The translations under genes and the position numbers were made by a program. A DNA stretch of 64,000 nucleotides from Lytechinus pictus (taxonomy: Eukaryota): NCBI RefSeq assembly GCF_037042905.1, contig NC_087250.1, positions 6,884,001 to 6,948,000 of the forward strand, read 5' to 3'. Shown in pieces: positions 1 through 13,384 of the stretch; within the stretch, counting starts at the first letter, position 1; each line of letters opens with the position of its first letter. The notes beneath the pieces were generated by a model. It did not search any database. It was not told the origin of the DNA and worked only from the letters and a program-made list of their open reading frames with translations.

Positions 1-372
1 ATTTATAATCGGATATCACGCTGAATGTAGTATGTCGGCCTATTATAATATCCCAAATTGCTGAAAAAACATTTTAGGTAAACTGTAATGAGATCACAAC
101 ACGTAGTAAAAAAAGTAGATCCACTTAAACTGAATTCTTTTTCCATCGCTCACATTTATACCGATACAGGATGTGCTGGCAGGAGACAGAATTATTCGGC
201 AAATATATTGAGCAAAGTGGTCGAGGTACTTAAACGGATTTTCCTCGCTCGTAGTCAAAATTCATCGTAGTCAAAATTCATCTGGACAGCTGTTTGGCTG
301 GATATTATATATAAAAAGGGAACAATAAAGTATATCATTACAAATGTATACGTCTATTACATCACAAAGTCT

Positions 373-374
<2 letters not shown>

Positions 375-409
<35 letters not shown>
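375..409. repeat. (CT)n microsatellite
   Basis: Directly visible ctct tract. Confidence 0.95.
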
Positions 410-411
<2 letters not shown>

Positions 412-629
412 AACTGGTCATGATTTTAATATTAGTACATCGCAAGAGCAACTCTACAATGTTTGTCACAATAATATTGTCGTTACCTATAATCATGAAA
501 ATATCATTATGATTATCCAAATAACTTTGAAGCTTATAACAATTTTCAAGGCACTTAGTTCACATCTGAATGATGTTTTATGGTTTACTATCATTCCAGT
601 TATGAATTTCTATTTTTTCTACAATTCAG

Positions 630-678
630 AACTCTTGATAGATCGCAATTCGACTTTGATACCGCGAAAGGTGTTCAG
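630..678 (+). CDS. 49-nt internal exon of LRR (NLR-like) gene, module copy 1 (TLDRSQFDFDTAKGVQ)
   Basis: Acceptor caattcag and donor gtaag. Phase 2 to phase 0, matching the phase-0 acceptor at 10055. A paralogous exon of the same length lies at 43355-43403. Confidence 0.7.
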
Positions 679-1228
679 GTAAGCATAGGTGTATTAAGTG
701 GTTGGATAATATTTGTGTAACTTGCTTGTTGCTATATAACTGTAACATTATCAGGGGCGGATCTAGCTTTCACAAATAGAAGGGGGGATATTTGTGATTA
801 TTAAAAAAAGCTTAATCATTTGGTTTTCCTCCTTAATGAAATAAAACAACGTTTGCTTCTCATATATTCATTACTTTCCCAGGGGGAATCGGTACTTAGA
901 AAAGAAAATCCGTGACATTGATATGCAAAGCATAAAATTGTCCCTTCTAAATGTCATACTTTATTTACTAAGTTGCCGATTCGAAATTTAAATGGCCTCA
1001 CCTATCTCAATTTTAAAACAGCCAGAAATTTGTGGTTACTTTGAAATGTTCACCAATATAATTATTCACTTTTTTAGCTGATTTGAAAATCGGACATTCA
1101 AAGCACCGTTTGAAATCACAAAGAGGATAAAAATCCCACTTAACAAATAATTATAGCGTGAAGCATGAGTAAATAAAAAATATGTTATGAATATTAAATA
1201 TTTAAGCATTTTTTTAACAGAAAGTAAT

Positions 1229-1745
1229 AACAAGTCGAATGCATTTGGCTGTCTGGCATGCATTTTGCGATATTGTAACAGTGCTGACTTTGAAAACAGC
1301 TGTTGAAAAATTATTCACAAAAGAAAGCTTTCGTATGATAATAAATTAATATTTCCATTGACCCAACATGATCTTTGACCAAAATCATGTGACCTAAGAC
1401 GTGTTCAAAACATACTTGATAACCCTTATATATATGTTTAATGTGTAGATCCATAGTTGTTCAAAGTTATGATGCCAATCATAAAATACCCCCAACACGG
1501 CCTAAGCTTATTGACCCTAAATTACCTTTGGTCTTAATCATGTGACCTGAAACATACACATGATTTTAATGGATGGATGGTTACTCTTATGTTCAAGTTT
1601 CATGAACTAGATCCATAAACTTTTAAAGTTATGACAATTCCACAAATATCGCCAATATTATCAAAGTACGTTTACCCTAAATGACATTTGACCTTGGTAA
1701 TGTGACCTTAAACTCGCACAGGAAGTTCAGGGATACTCAATTGCT
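1229..1745. mobile_element. Degenerate, truncated copy of the HINE/Helentron-like family seen at 45819-46812
   Basis: Begins aacaagtcgaatgc and carries decayed tgacctttgacc/catgtgacctgaaac units. Confidence 0.6.
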
Positions 1746-2734
1746 CTATTTCATTAAAGCAAGAGTGTATAGTCTCTCGCTTCTAGGCAGGCTATACCAA
1801 AACGGAAATTTATTTTGAACGCTTACTGGTTGCATTAGTATTGCATTTGTTGCACTAAAGCGCGTATACAAAAACCGGGACAGATTTGAAAAGTCCCCCC
1901 CAAAAAAAAAAAATAATAATAATAAAAAATAAAAAAATGTTTCCAATTATAATGTCTATATTTTGATGTTAATATGTGCTCTAGGGTCTTATCATTCGAA
2001 TGCCATTAACAAAATTTAGTTTTGTTCATGCTTGAGGGAACACGGAATGTTTTTGTCTGGGATTAAAAAGAAGGCTTGCGTCAAATGGCATATAATGATA
2101 ACAATGACCAGACATCTTCCTAATCAGCTGACTTTCTCTTAACCTTTTCATTATCTGTGCCATAATTTTAGAATTATGCTGTCATTTTAATTTACATATT
2201 TATTTATTTACTTTACTTATTATTTCTTTCACTTAAACCTCTTTTACCTTTTAATTTTCCTTCATGAGTAAGAAAATAAGACTTTTTGTTAATCCAAGCA
2301 AGGAGATTTGCGTTATTAATTGGAAAAATCGGCTGCACCAGTCATTTACGTTCATTTGGCAAGAATATATAACAGCTCAATTGAATCTGGTTGTATACCA
2401 AATGAATGGAAAGAAGCCAAAGTTACTGCCTTACACAAAGGTGGAGACACGCACGACCCTAACAATTTTAGGCCAATATCAGTCTTACCTATAGTCATGA
2501 AAGTGTTCGAAAGGGTAATCCATACACAGTTCCACGATTTCTGTACTGAAAATAACATACTAGTAAAGGAGCAGTCTGGCTTTCGGAAGCATCATTCGAC
2601 CCACACTGTGCTTACCTATGTTACGGATCGCCTGTACAAAGAGATGGATCGTGGTCGACTGACTGGTGTAGTTTTCCTGAATCTCAGGAAAGCATTTGAT
2701 TTCGTCGACCACGATCTATTACTCGATAAACTTT

Positions 2735-2877
2735 AATAATAATAATAATCCGCTTTTACATAGCGCTTAATCAATCGGAACGACGTGTCTGAGCGCTTTA
2801 CAGATATATTATTACCCCGATCGTCGGATTCAATCAGTCATTCCCGCACACAATGTGTGCACATCCTCCATTCCCTA
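2735..2877 (-). mobile_element. Short retroposon (SINE or LINE) 3' end inserted in the LINE
   Basis: (AAT)n tail followed by ...atagcgct...agcgctttaca; interrupts RT homology right after LLLDKL. Confidence 0.5.
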
Positions 2878-4487
2878 CCATAAACTTTCTGTTCATGGTA
2901 TTTAAGGAAAGGAACTTGAGTGGTTCAGTTCATACCTGAAAGGCAGAACTCAACGAACATGTGTAAAATGGGTATAATCTGAAATTATAGAAGTGAGTAG
3001 TGGGGTTCCCCAAGGGTCTATCTTGGGGCCACTCTTATTCTCAATCATGGTAAACGATATTACCAAGGTTGTAGATAAGTGTGAAATCGTGTTGTACGCA
3101 GATGATGCAGCTCTTATATATAGTGGTACACATACTCAAGAAATTGAATCTGTCATGAATGAAGATCTACACAAAGTGAATCGTTGGTTAATGCATAATC
3201 ATTTGGTACTCAATTTAACAAAAACCCAGTACATGCTTTTTGGAACCCAACAAAGACTCAAGAATTGTGATCTAAACATCGTCATTGAACAACATAGAAT
3301 TGAAAGAGTGTCTAATTTTAAATATCTCGGAGTACATTTTGATGAACAACTCACGTGGCGAAGTCATATAAACGATACCAGTAAAAAAGTTGCGTCTAGA
3401 CTTGCACTTTTTGCTAGATTACGGAAGTACATGAGAGTTTCAAGTGCTAAACTATTGGCAAATTCATTAGTTTTACCGCATCTCGAATACTGTTGCAACG
3501 CCTGGACCAACTGTAACCAAAACTTAAAGGACACTTTGATAAAACAGCACAAACGAATGGTTCGACTGGTCTTGCAGGTAGACTTTATTACACCTACTGC
3601 CATGGGCGGAAATCCCAGGGGGACGTGTCCCCCCCCCCCCTACTCAAAATAGTAGGGGGACACAATATCAAATGTCCCCCCTACTATTTCTGGTCTTTTA
3701 TGATGGTAAGAAATACATCATTCTAAATCGAAATAAAAACATGTAGTATTTTCGGACGAGATTACCTTACTTTGGCGATGATAACCTTTTTTTTTGCTTG
3801 TCAAATTTTCCCGCCCCTTGTTCCCATAGGCGGATCCAGGGGGCCGAGGGACCCGCCATCTCCCCCCTCTTGGCGGAGCGAAAAAAGAAAAAAGAGAAAG
3901 AAAGAAGGAAAAAGGAGGGAAAAGAGAAGAAAAAAGAAGAGAAGGACGACAATGCATAAAATAAGATGAGGGGAAGTCTTGGAAAATAAAAAGAATCTTT
4001 CGTGCCACTATATAAAATTTTCGCTTGCTCTTCGCGCTCGCATTGCCTCTAAGGTGATTTACATATCTTGTTCAAGATATGGAGTTCTAATATCAAGTTT
4101 GGAAGTCAACATACAAAACATATTTCACCTCGGAAATCGAACTTTCATTATTTTGTGCAATTTAAAAAATGGTTTTTAAAAAGTGCTCTGTAGAAATGTC
4201 AGATATATGGTCTGAATGTTAACATTTGCTGGTTGTGCTGCGCGCTCGCAAATTTTGGTTTATCAGGTACCAATTATTTTCGTGTATTCCATAAAGTTTT
4301 CAAAATATCCCTTTTTAGGTCTGATTGTCAAGACGTATCGGGTAGCGCGCTGCACGCTCGCATTTTGATTGGCGAGTTATATAAATGTTTCAATATTAAT
4401 TATACAACAAATTACTTAAAATCTCCTTTTTCACAGTTATTGTTTCGTCTACAGGATAGTTTTCCCATTTCGTCAATTAAAAAAAAA

Positions 4488-4825
4488 TGAATACAGTACC
4501 AGTCACAGGTCTTTGAATCACTATTGCCTGTTTCGGCCGGAGAGCAATGGATTTGGTCCACTGATTCTATTGTTCTCTGGCTGAGGCAGGTAGTGCTGAG
4601 TCTGGGAATTTGTGACTGGTAGTGTATTTTATCTTTAAACAATTTGGTATTAGTGATAATTCTGATTTTAAATGTTATTGAATTCACTCATTGCTGTACA
4701 GAACCGAAGTTACTCTTTTATCTATTATGTATATATTGTTTTTTTATGTTAACAGGATCAGGCTGAAAAACAGTCATTCTGAGCCTGTTATCCTGTATAA
4801 AGATATTTTAATAAATAATAAATAA
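4488..4825 (+). mobile_element. Probable LINE 3' end fragment
   Basis: Ends in an aataaataataaata tail preceded by the hairpin acaggatcaggct...agcctgttatcctgt. Confidence 0.4.
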
Positions 4826-4986
4826 TTTTTTATGACAGTTAATAAAATAATTTAGCTCGCGATTTGCGCTCGTATTGATGGTTAAAAAAAAATTAATTGA
4901 TGCATCCTATTTATAATCACAAAAAATGAAATGTTCAATTTTAATGCCATGATATCATCAGATTTCGCGCCCTCATTAGGCATTAA

Positions 4987-5568
4987 ATGAAACCAAAACC
5001 CAAGAAGAGAAGCAATCTTATTGGAAAGAGTAAAACGAGAGGAACAATTTTAAAAAAGTTTCATCAAAATCGGCTATGAAATAGGCAAGTTATGGACGAT
5101 CAAAAAGTCTTGTTGTACTTACTATGGGCATCCTCAAATTGACAAACGTGCTTCAAAATGGCTGATTTTGTGGACAACTCTCCATTTGTTTTGTACACAT
5201 ATTTTCAGATTTTCCCCCTTTATTTTACATATTTCACATTATCTCCGCCTGACCTTGACATATATGGTGTGGATTATATTTTCCCATGACATATGTTGTG
5301 CTCAGAAGGAGGAAAGATGCAATTTGAAAGATAAAGGGGGAAAATCTGAAAATATGTGTACAAAACAAATGGAGAGTTGTCCACAAAATCAGCCATTTTG
5401 AAGCACGTTTGCCAATTTGAGGATGCCCATAGAAAGTACAACAAGAGTTTTCAAACTCCCATAACTTGCTTATTTCAAAACCGATTTTAATGAAGCTTTT
5501 TTTGGAATTGTTCCTCTCATTTTACTCTTTCCAATAATATTACTTCTCTTCTTGGGTTTTGGTTTCCT
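4987..5568. mobile_element. TTAA-flanked MITE (Kolobok-like), copy 1
   Basis: Nearly fully palindromic, ends a(t/g)gaaaccaaaacccaagaagagaag / cttctcttcttgggttttggtttcct, TTAA on both sides. Purine termini fit Kolobok rather than piggyBac. Confidence 0.8.
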
Positions 5569-6108
5569 TTAATAAATATATCAATTTAATAATTAAATTG
5601 TCCCTTTTGTTTCATATCGCGCTTAGCAAGAGGAATAGGAAGATAGTCATCATTTTCATATGATGACATGTCGTAAAGATGTCCCGGTCCTAAAATACCT
5701 AGATTCTAGGTCTAAATATGAAACACGCTCGCGCATGTTTATTCAGATACTCAACTTGTTCTCTAATTTAAATAAATTCTCCAGTTTCAGGTCACAATAT
5801 CAAAAAATTTCTGCTCGCGCTTTGTGCTCGCATTATTAATATAGGAAGACCCATATTACTCATCCTTTTGATGATTTACAAAACATGAACAGAGTGGCCC
5901 ATTTTTAGGTCTAAATCTCGATTTTTTTTTCTGCTTGCGTTTCGTGCTCGCATCAATCGTTGACTTATACAGCTATCCTGTTCACGATTACAAAAACTGA
6001 TTAAAATGTTCCATTCTTTCTTTAGAAAGTTCAAAAAATTTTGCACTCGCATTTTTTTGATAGCTGAAATATGTAACGCCGTCATGGCTAAGTGCACGCA
6101 GTACTTAA

Positions 6109-6689
6109 AGGAAACCAAAACCCAAGAAGAGAAGTAATATTATTGGAAAGAGTAAAATGAGAGGGTCAATTCAAAAAAAGTTTCATAAAAATCGGTTATG
6201 AAATAAGCAAGTTATGGGAGTTTGAAAACTCTTGTTGTACTTTCTATGGGCATCCTCAAATTGGCAAACGTGCTTCAAAATGGCTGATTTTGTGGACAAC
6301 TCTCCATTTGTTTTGTACACAAATTTTCAGATTTTCCTCATTATCTTTCAATTGCATCTTTCCTCCTTCTGAGCACAACATATGTCATGGAAAAATATAA
6401 TCCACACCATATATGTCAAGGTCAGGCGGAGATAATGTGAAATATGTAAAATAAAGGGGGGAAATCTGAAAATATGTGTACAAAACAAATGGAGAGTTGT
6501 CCACAAAATCAGCCATTTTGAAGCACGTTTGCCAATTTGAGGATGCCCATAGTAAGTACAACAAGACTTTTTGATCGTCCATAACCTGCCTATTTCATAG
6601 CCAATTTTGATGAAACTTTTTTTAAAATTGTTCCTCTCATTTTACTCTTTCCAAAAAAGATTGCTTCTCTTCTTGGGTTTTGGTTTCCT
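6109..6689. mobile_element. TTAA-flanked MITE (Kolobok-like), copy 2, inverted relative to copy 1
   Basis: Near-identical reverse complement of 4987-5568; TTAA at 6105-6108 and 6690-6693. Confidence 0.85.
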
Positions 6690-9600
6690 TTAACAACTAC
6701 CTTTTCAAAAGGTACTAGTTCAAAACATATATAAAAAATTTCTGCTCGCGCTTTGCGCTTGCATTATTAATAGTCATCCTTTTCAGGATTTACAAAACAT
6801 GAATAAAGTGTCTCGTTCAGTGAATATTATAGGACTAAATCTCGAAATTTTCCGCTTGCGCTTCGCGCTCGCATTAATTGTTTACTTATACTTATATACC
6901 TATTCTGTTTGAGTTACAAAAAGTGCTTAAGATTTCCATTCTTTAGGAGAAACTGTAAAAAAAAATCAGTTCGCACTCGCATTATTTGATTGTTAAATGC
7001 TACTTTAACAGGTATCTTTTCCATGAGTTCAATTCTGCTCGCGCTTTGCGAACATGGTAATTATTAAGTTGGATACACATCTTTTTCAGGATAACAAACA
7101 TTGCCCAGAGTCAGTTTAATTTTTAGGAAAAAATACATTAAATTTCAAAAAAAAATTGCTCGCGCTTCGCTCTCGCATCATATAAATAAGGATTATGATA
7201 TTATATATTAATTTATAAGAATAAAGGTAAGAAGTGACTAATGAGGACTACCCCTTCAAATAAACAAACAAAAATCCTCATCGAGCTGCCGATCGGGGGA
7301 AATATGGCTGAAAAAAAATTGAGATCGGCGAAGGCTGGATCCGCCCCTGTGTTTCCCCTACTTTTTGGAAGAGATTTCCGCCCCTGCCTACTGCAGTAGT
7401 GTTTGGAAGATTAAATTGGGTACCACTTGAAGAACGATGGCGATTTCAAATGTGTTTCAACTATGTTTAATTCTATGCAGGGCGAAGCCCCAGGTTACCT
7501 CTTAGAATTGTTCCCGAGATTTAGTTCTGTCCATTCCCATCATACAAGAAATGCATTGAACCGTGGAATCTTGGTTCCACGGGCACGCACCAAAGCTGGT
7601 AAAAGAGCCTTCTCCCATCACGGTGCGTGCCTGCGGAGCCAACTTCCTAATGAAGTTAAAAAATCCACGTCGAAATCTTCCTTTACATCGTCATACTGGA
7701 GGTATAGATACCCCCATTTTAATATATAAGCAAGAATTATATTTTCAGACTATACTATTATTTCATTATAGTGTAAATGGTGATGTGCCTTCTTCTCCCG
7801 CTTTAGCTCTCTCCTGTGTTCTTTTTTAACCTCAACTCATCCATACTTTCTATCTTTCGTTCCCCTATTACTTTTTACTTGTAGCTTTGGGTTAAATTAT
7901 TGTTCTCAATTTCACACACAATTTTTTGTTATTAGATTTATACTTAAAATTTCCATCTGCTTATGTTCAGGATTTGTATTTTTCATTTGTATTGTATATA
8001 TGCTTGTATTTTTTTTATCATGTTATACAGGGCCCCAGGTACAACAGTATTTGACTACTGATGGGGTTACCCTGTATAAATAATACCAAATAAATAAATA
8101 AATAAAAAAAACTTGTAATTATTCAAATCGTTTTAAGACATGAAATCCATTTTTCAATCAAGAGGTTATCGATTCCTTGACCAAATTCAATTATATGCTC
8201 GACAGGACAAACGGGAAGGAATTAATTTATTTCAATGGCATTGGTGTATTAGGTCATTTTTTAAGGAGCTAGATATGGTAGATCGGAAAAAAACGTATTA
8301 AAAAGTTGTGAGCGAACAAAGCGAGCACGCAAATATTCCCACTTTTTCATTACAATATCAAATGTTGTGGTAGATTTTAAACATAATATTCAAAAATAAT
8401 ATCATATTTTACATTTTATCTTTCTTTTTATTTTTACCACTTTTGTCTTGGTCATGATTTTTTTTCATGAAGGGGGGGGGGGGGCGGGAGAGGGGTATCA
8501 TTCCCGAGCCTCCGCTCATCTGTATGGCACTGTTTAAAAGGCACAATAATCTTTGTCGAACACAATGAAAGGATCTGAAAAAAAATACACTAAGAGTGTT
8601 TTGCTTTTATGCAGGAATATCTTTTTAGCTCGCGCTTCGCTCTTGCATTATTCGATGCATTCTATTTAGTTATAAGTAACTAAACGCAGTCCTAATTAGG
8701 AACCTTTTCTTGTCAGTATATTTCAGCTCGCGCTTTGCGCTCGTCATAACCATTTAGTTAGATGCACATCTTTTTAATTATTGTAAAAACAACTCAACAT
8801 GTTTTATTTTCATTTTTTATTGAAATTTTCCAAGAATTTGAGCATGCAATTCACGCTCGCAACACCTCCCATGGATGCCCTTTTAGCATTAATTGACCCA
8901 CCTCCCCCCCCCCCAAAAAAAAAGAAGAGTTTTACAACATCAGCTTTTAATTTTTTTCCAAACCGCTCACTCGTTACACTTTCTCGCGAAAAATAAAGTC
9001 TAAATATATCTTACCATAATCAGAAATCACTTCAAAAAGGCTTTGCTCTACTTTCCTTTTCTTTGCTCCGCCGCCCTTCTTTTTTGCCTTCTTTTTGCCG
9101 CTTTTTTGGCCTTAACCACAAACGGTGAGGACCTATAGCTGACTTCAAAAAGGATATTCTAAGCACAGAATGAAACAACGAAGAGGATGAAGATCTCACT
9201 AAACAAATCATTCGAGCGTGAAGCGCAAGTATTAAAGAAAAACAATGTCATGAATATTGAATGTCTAAACATAATTTGTAAGAGTAAACAGGATATCATA
9301 TTTATTCATTAGTAATACAAAAAAGGTATATGAAATTAATTTGAATACTCATTGTATTGATTCAAGCAATTTTGCGCCGTGAATTTTTTTTTTCATTTTG
9401 GGGCACTTAGGATTCAAATTTAGATCTGGCTCCCAGATTCGGTATTTTTCTTATGTTTATTGACAAAAAGTATTTAGAAATTCTATATTAGAAGACAACT
9501 TATAGGCCTATAGATCAAATACTGAGATTTTAATTTAATCCAATGATTGAGAAACCCTTTTAAAAGACAAGACAAGATTACGCAGGGATTTTATGCATCC

Positions 9601-10054
9601 TTTTTTTTTTTGTATTAAAGTTTGATGTAAAATGGGTAAATTTGTCGATCAAACAATTTTTTAATCTTTAATACTTCACACCACAACCGTTTTGGTGCAA
9701 ATGCATTAAAAAGATATGGCAATAAAATGGAATAATGACATGTCATTTGGGGATGGGAAGTTTACCCAAACTAAACACTTCCATTTTTTAATCTATTTTA
9801 TAAAAAAATGTATATACAGTGTATTACTTGGTTTTTCTTTTTCAAATTAGCGTATATTTTCAAGCGTCTAAATAATAAATAAAATAAATCACGTTTAATT
9901 CTAGGATATCGTTTTTTTTTCTAAAATAACTATATAGTTTCTTTTAACGAAATGCATGAAAGGTGTGAAGAAAAGTCAGAACCCAGAATTAGTTCATGTA
10001 TCATTTATTTGCGCTGTAATTCTTATCCAGCTTTTCTATTCTATTTTCCTTCAG

Positions 10055-10356
10055 ATAACCAAATGCCATCTGTCTTCTGAGATGACTGCTAGAATGTGGT
10101 CTTGTCTGAGACCCCTCACCTCACTGAACCATCTCACCATTTCAGACTCATCGCTCAGTTTCTCTCTATCACCTCCTGACCTACCGTCCGTCACAAAGCT
10201 ACTAGCTAATAAACTGACGTCACAATGCTACCAAGGGTTGATCTCGTCATTACCTGGGTTGCGAGATATTGATGTCCAAAATGCAGCTACAGATGACTTT
10301 GTTGAATTTGTCGAGTCTTCAACACGTTTGACATCATTGCAACGACTTCAGATAAA
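10055..10356 (+). CDS. LRR-encoding exon of probable NLR-type receptor gene (ITKCHLSSEM...LTSLQRLQIK)
   Basis: Within ORF 9956..10360. Polypyrimidine + cag acceptor and gtgagt donor (phase 2). LRR-like motifs LTSLNHLTI, LPGLRDIDV, LTSLQRLQI. First ~72 aa clearly paralogous to the exon at 46943. Confidence 0.8.
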
Positions 10357-11189
10357 GTGAGTGTCTATGTTCTTAACTCATTATTTGCCGAGGATCTTCA
10401 TTTTTACCATGCCCAGATGCAATCCCCCTCCCGATTATGTGTTCAAAGCGCTCTTATATTAATTCGATACTGTCAAGCGCCCCGCCCTGAATTCCCTTAT
10501 AACGGTCGTTTATAATCGGATATCACACTGAATATAATATGTTGACCTATTATAACATCCCAAACTGATGAAAAAAAAAACGTTTAAGTCAACTGTAATG
10601 AGACCCCAATATGTAGTAGGTTACACGTAGTATAATATGTATAAAGTATTTCAAATTAAACCTAATTCCGTTTTTCATCGCTCGCATTTATAACGATACA
10701 GGATGTGCAGACTGGAGGCAAAATATATTCGGCAAACATGTTAAGCAAAGTGGTTGAGGTACTTTTAAGAATTTTCCTCGCTCATAGTTAAAATTCACCT
10801 GGACAGCTGGTTATTTGAAAATTATTAATTGAAATAGGAGCCATAAGGTATATTAATGCAAAGTTATACGTCTATTACATCACAAAGTCCTTCTTACCCG
10901 CTCAGCCCTTTCTCGTACATCAAGATACGGAATTATATTATAGTTCAAAATGTATTTTGAGTTTTTCAATATAGCCCAGATTTGTAGAGGTATTTATTCC
11001 GTCATTGTAATGAACGAGATGGTCGAATGTATAAATTTAATTTGTACCAGCGTAAGCTGTATCCGATGACAGCACATACGTATATGTGGAAAGTAAAAAC
11101 CTGAGACTATGTTGGTTGTTCGGAGAGTTACAAAGTCAAGTGCCAAAAAGAGTCATATTCCGTTTTTGCCGGTAGCCTGACAAATTTAT

Positions 11190-11600
11190 GATAATAATAA
11201 TAATACTTGTATCTAAGAAACGCTATTTACGATTGTACCATAGCGCTTTACAAGAATTTGCATTGAATACAATAATAAGACAACATAATCATAAACCATA
11301 CAAACAAAATAAAGCATGCATTAAAGAAATATGACTTCAGGTATTCTTAAACGTAGGGGTATTGGCAATTTCACGAATAATTTTTGTATGTTATTCCAAA
11401 TATTGATCGTTTGTAATAATGATCTTTCTTAAGGTATAGTGACCTCATAATGTGGATATTCTTTTTTTTTTACCTTCTCGCTTTACTCGGTTGTAACATA
11501 AAATACCATTGTTCATAATAGCAAGTTGGATAAAATTAGCAATTAGGTAATTACGATCCTTTGAGAATTTTAATGGAGAAAATCGGGGGATATTCCCTTA
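11190..11600 (-). mobile_element. Decayed L2/CR1-like LINE 3' end
   Basis: (AAT)n tail and tagcgctttacaag motif; inner boundary uncertain. Confidence 0.35.
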
Positions 11601-11899
11601 TCTCCTTATACATGTAGTAAAGCGGATAAGCTCCAAAAAACACAACAATTGTACAAATTTTGACTAAAGCATGAAACTTTCACAAATATTAGTATATATG
11701 CCGTAGAAATTATTTTAAAGATGGGAGGTGAATTTATAAATGCCATTTTCGGCCGTTGCCATGGCAATGAAATACTTTCTCCAAAATAACATACATTCCC
11801 ATGTAAGCGGTAAATAAACATGATATAAACTACCAAAATTATAATTTTTCAGGCTCCCAATTGAATAAACATAAAATTTAGAAATATTCAAGATCACCC

Positions 11900-13240
11900 A
11901 TGGCATGGCAACGGCTTGTTTTTCACCAGAAAAATAAAAAAAATTGATTAAAAAGTTGTAGAATATGATTTATCTTTAATTTCCCCTAATGTTACAGTGC
12001 AAAACAAATATATTTTCTTTGCCAAATGTGTAAATTACACCTGAAGCAATTGCCATTGCAACCAAATAACTTCTAATTTACAAAAATAGCATGGTTGACA
12101 AGACAATGGACAGGTGGAAAATACAATTGGAATTGACTTAAACTGTATGCTTAAGTTTTGACCCCCTCATTTGAACAAAAAAATACAGAAAGTGTTCTGC
12201 AGGAATATTTTATGAAGATAAAAATTATGTTGCCTTGGTAATGCTTGAATTAAATTTACAAAGCAACAATCATGCAAAGGTCCTGTTGCCATGGCAACAG
12301 CTTGTTTTCCTCTAGAAAGGTAAAAATATTTATAGAAATGTAGAATACATGTATGATCATCATTCCATTTTCCCTAATTTTAAGGTACTAATCGAGATAT
12401 GTATGTGACTAAATTTATAAATATAACATCTTAAGCCATTGCCATGACAACCAGATAACATCTATTTAAAAAAACAGCATGAATGACAAGGTTATGGACA
12501 GGTGAAAAATACAATGAAAATATCTTAATGTACATGCATAAGGTTAAACTTTCTCAATTAATATAGAGGAAATTTAATACAGTGAGTGTTCTGCATGAAC
12601 TAAATATAATGAGAGACATTGATTTTGCCTTGGTAATATTTGAATTCAACGATAAATATCAATGTTCCAAATCGCCTGTTGCCATAGCAACGGCTCATTT
12701 ACCCAAGAAAAGTACCAGTTTTGATAAAAAGAGACTGTATAATCTGATTTTTCTTTCATTTCTCCTATTATTAGGGTAAGAATGTATAGCTTTGCTGTTA
12801 ACATTCAAATAACATCTAAAGCCATTGTCATGGCAACCAAATACTATATAATTTGACAAAAAAATAATATGGTTGACACGTTAATGGACAGGTGGAAATG
12901 CAATTCATAATAGTTAACACAAGGTTTGACCCGTCATTTAATTTTGGAAAAAAATACAGTGTTTCCCATTAGTTTATTAGAATGATGAAATTTGAGGTTG
13001 CCTTGGTGATGCTTGAATTTAATGATAAATATCAATGTAGCATATTGCCCGTTGCCATGGCAATGAATCCTTTTTTCCCCAAGAAAGGTACAAAATATGA
13101 TCGAAAAACAGTTTAGAATCTGCATTTTGTCATAAATTTCCACTAATTTTAGGAGGCAAAGCATATATATGTTTGCTGTTGATATACACATAACTTAAGA
13201 CTTAAAGACATTGCCATGACAACCAAATAACAACTCATTT
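11900..13240. repeat. Diverged ~385-bp subterminal tandem repeat, about 3.5 units, ~3 X-box-like palindromes per unit
   Basis: Equivalent gttgccatggcaac-type motifs at ~11900, 12285, 12678 and 13051; ggacaggtg recurs with the same period. Confidence 0.7.
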
Positions 13241-13384
13241 CAGTGGCTTAATTCAAGATAATTTATTTTCTATTTTTTCCATTTATTTTCTAATTTGGTT
13301 TCTATGCAATGGTTTTAAGGGTGAAGTAGTACATTAGGACTAGTTACAAGGACAGCCAGTGGTCTGATGGGTCCAGAACCCTAA

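Larger units (their letters stand above)
1..690 (+). repeat. Intragenic duplication: paralogous to 10509-10890 plus ~43157-43412
   Basis: tttataatcggatatcac...tctattacatcacaaagtc recurs at 10509-10890, and 419-687 aligns with 43159-43412. Further paralogy: ~9420-9720 with ~43847-44160, and ~9953 with ~46873. Confidence 0.85.
3601..7386. mobile_element. Non-autonomous hAT-like composite element
   Basis: TIR catgggcggaaatc / gatttccgcccctg and exact 8-bp TSD cctactgc (3593-3600, 7387-7394). A second inner TIR pair lies at ~3825 and 7349. The LINE resumes after the TSD. Confidence 0.9.
2290..8105 (+). mobile_element. 5'-truncated, interrupted CR1/L2-group LINE (reverse transcriptase pseudogene)
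   Basis: ORFs 2320..2736, 2993..3600 and ~7395..7729 carry RT motifs NFRPISVLP, QSGFR, VFLNLRKAFD, GVPQGSILGPLLF, YADD, KYLG. The 3' UTR ends in (AAAT)n near 8088-8105. Split by insertions at ~2735-2877 and 3601-7386. Confidence 0.9.

Noticed and set aside
170..225. Possible extra small exon (cag|gatgtg...gag|gtac), paralog at ~10702-10758
   Set aside because: Copies are 56 and 57 nt, and the second has a stop in the phase required by the upstream donor; not needed for the frame.
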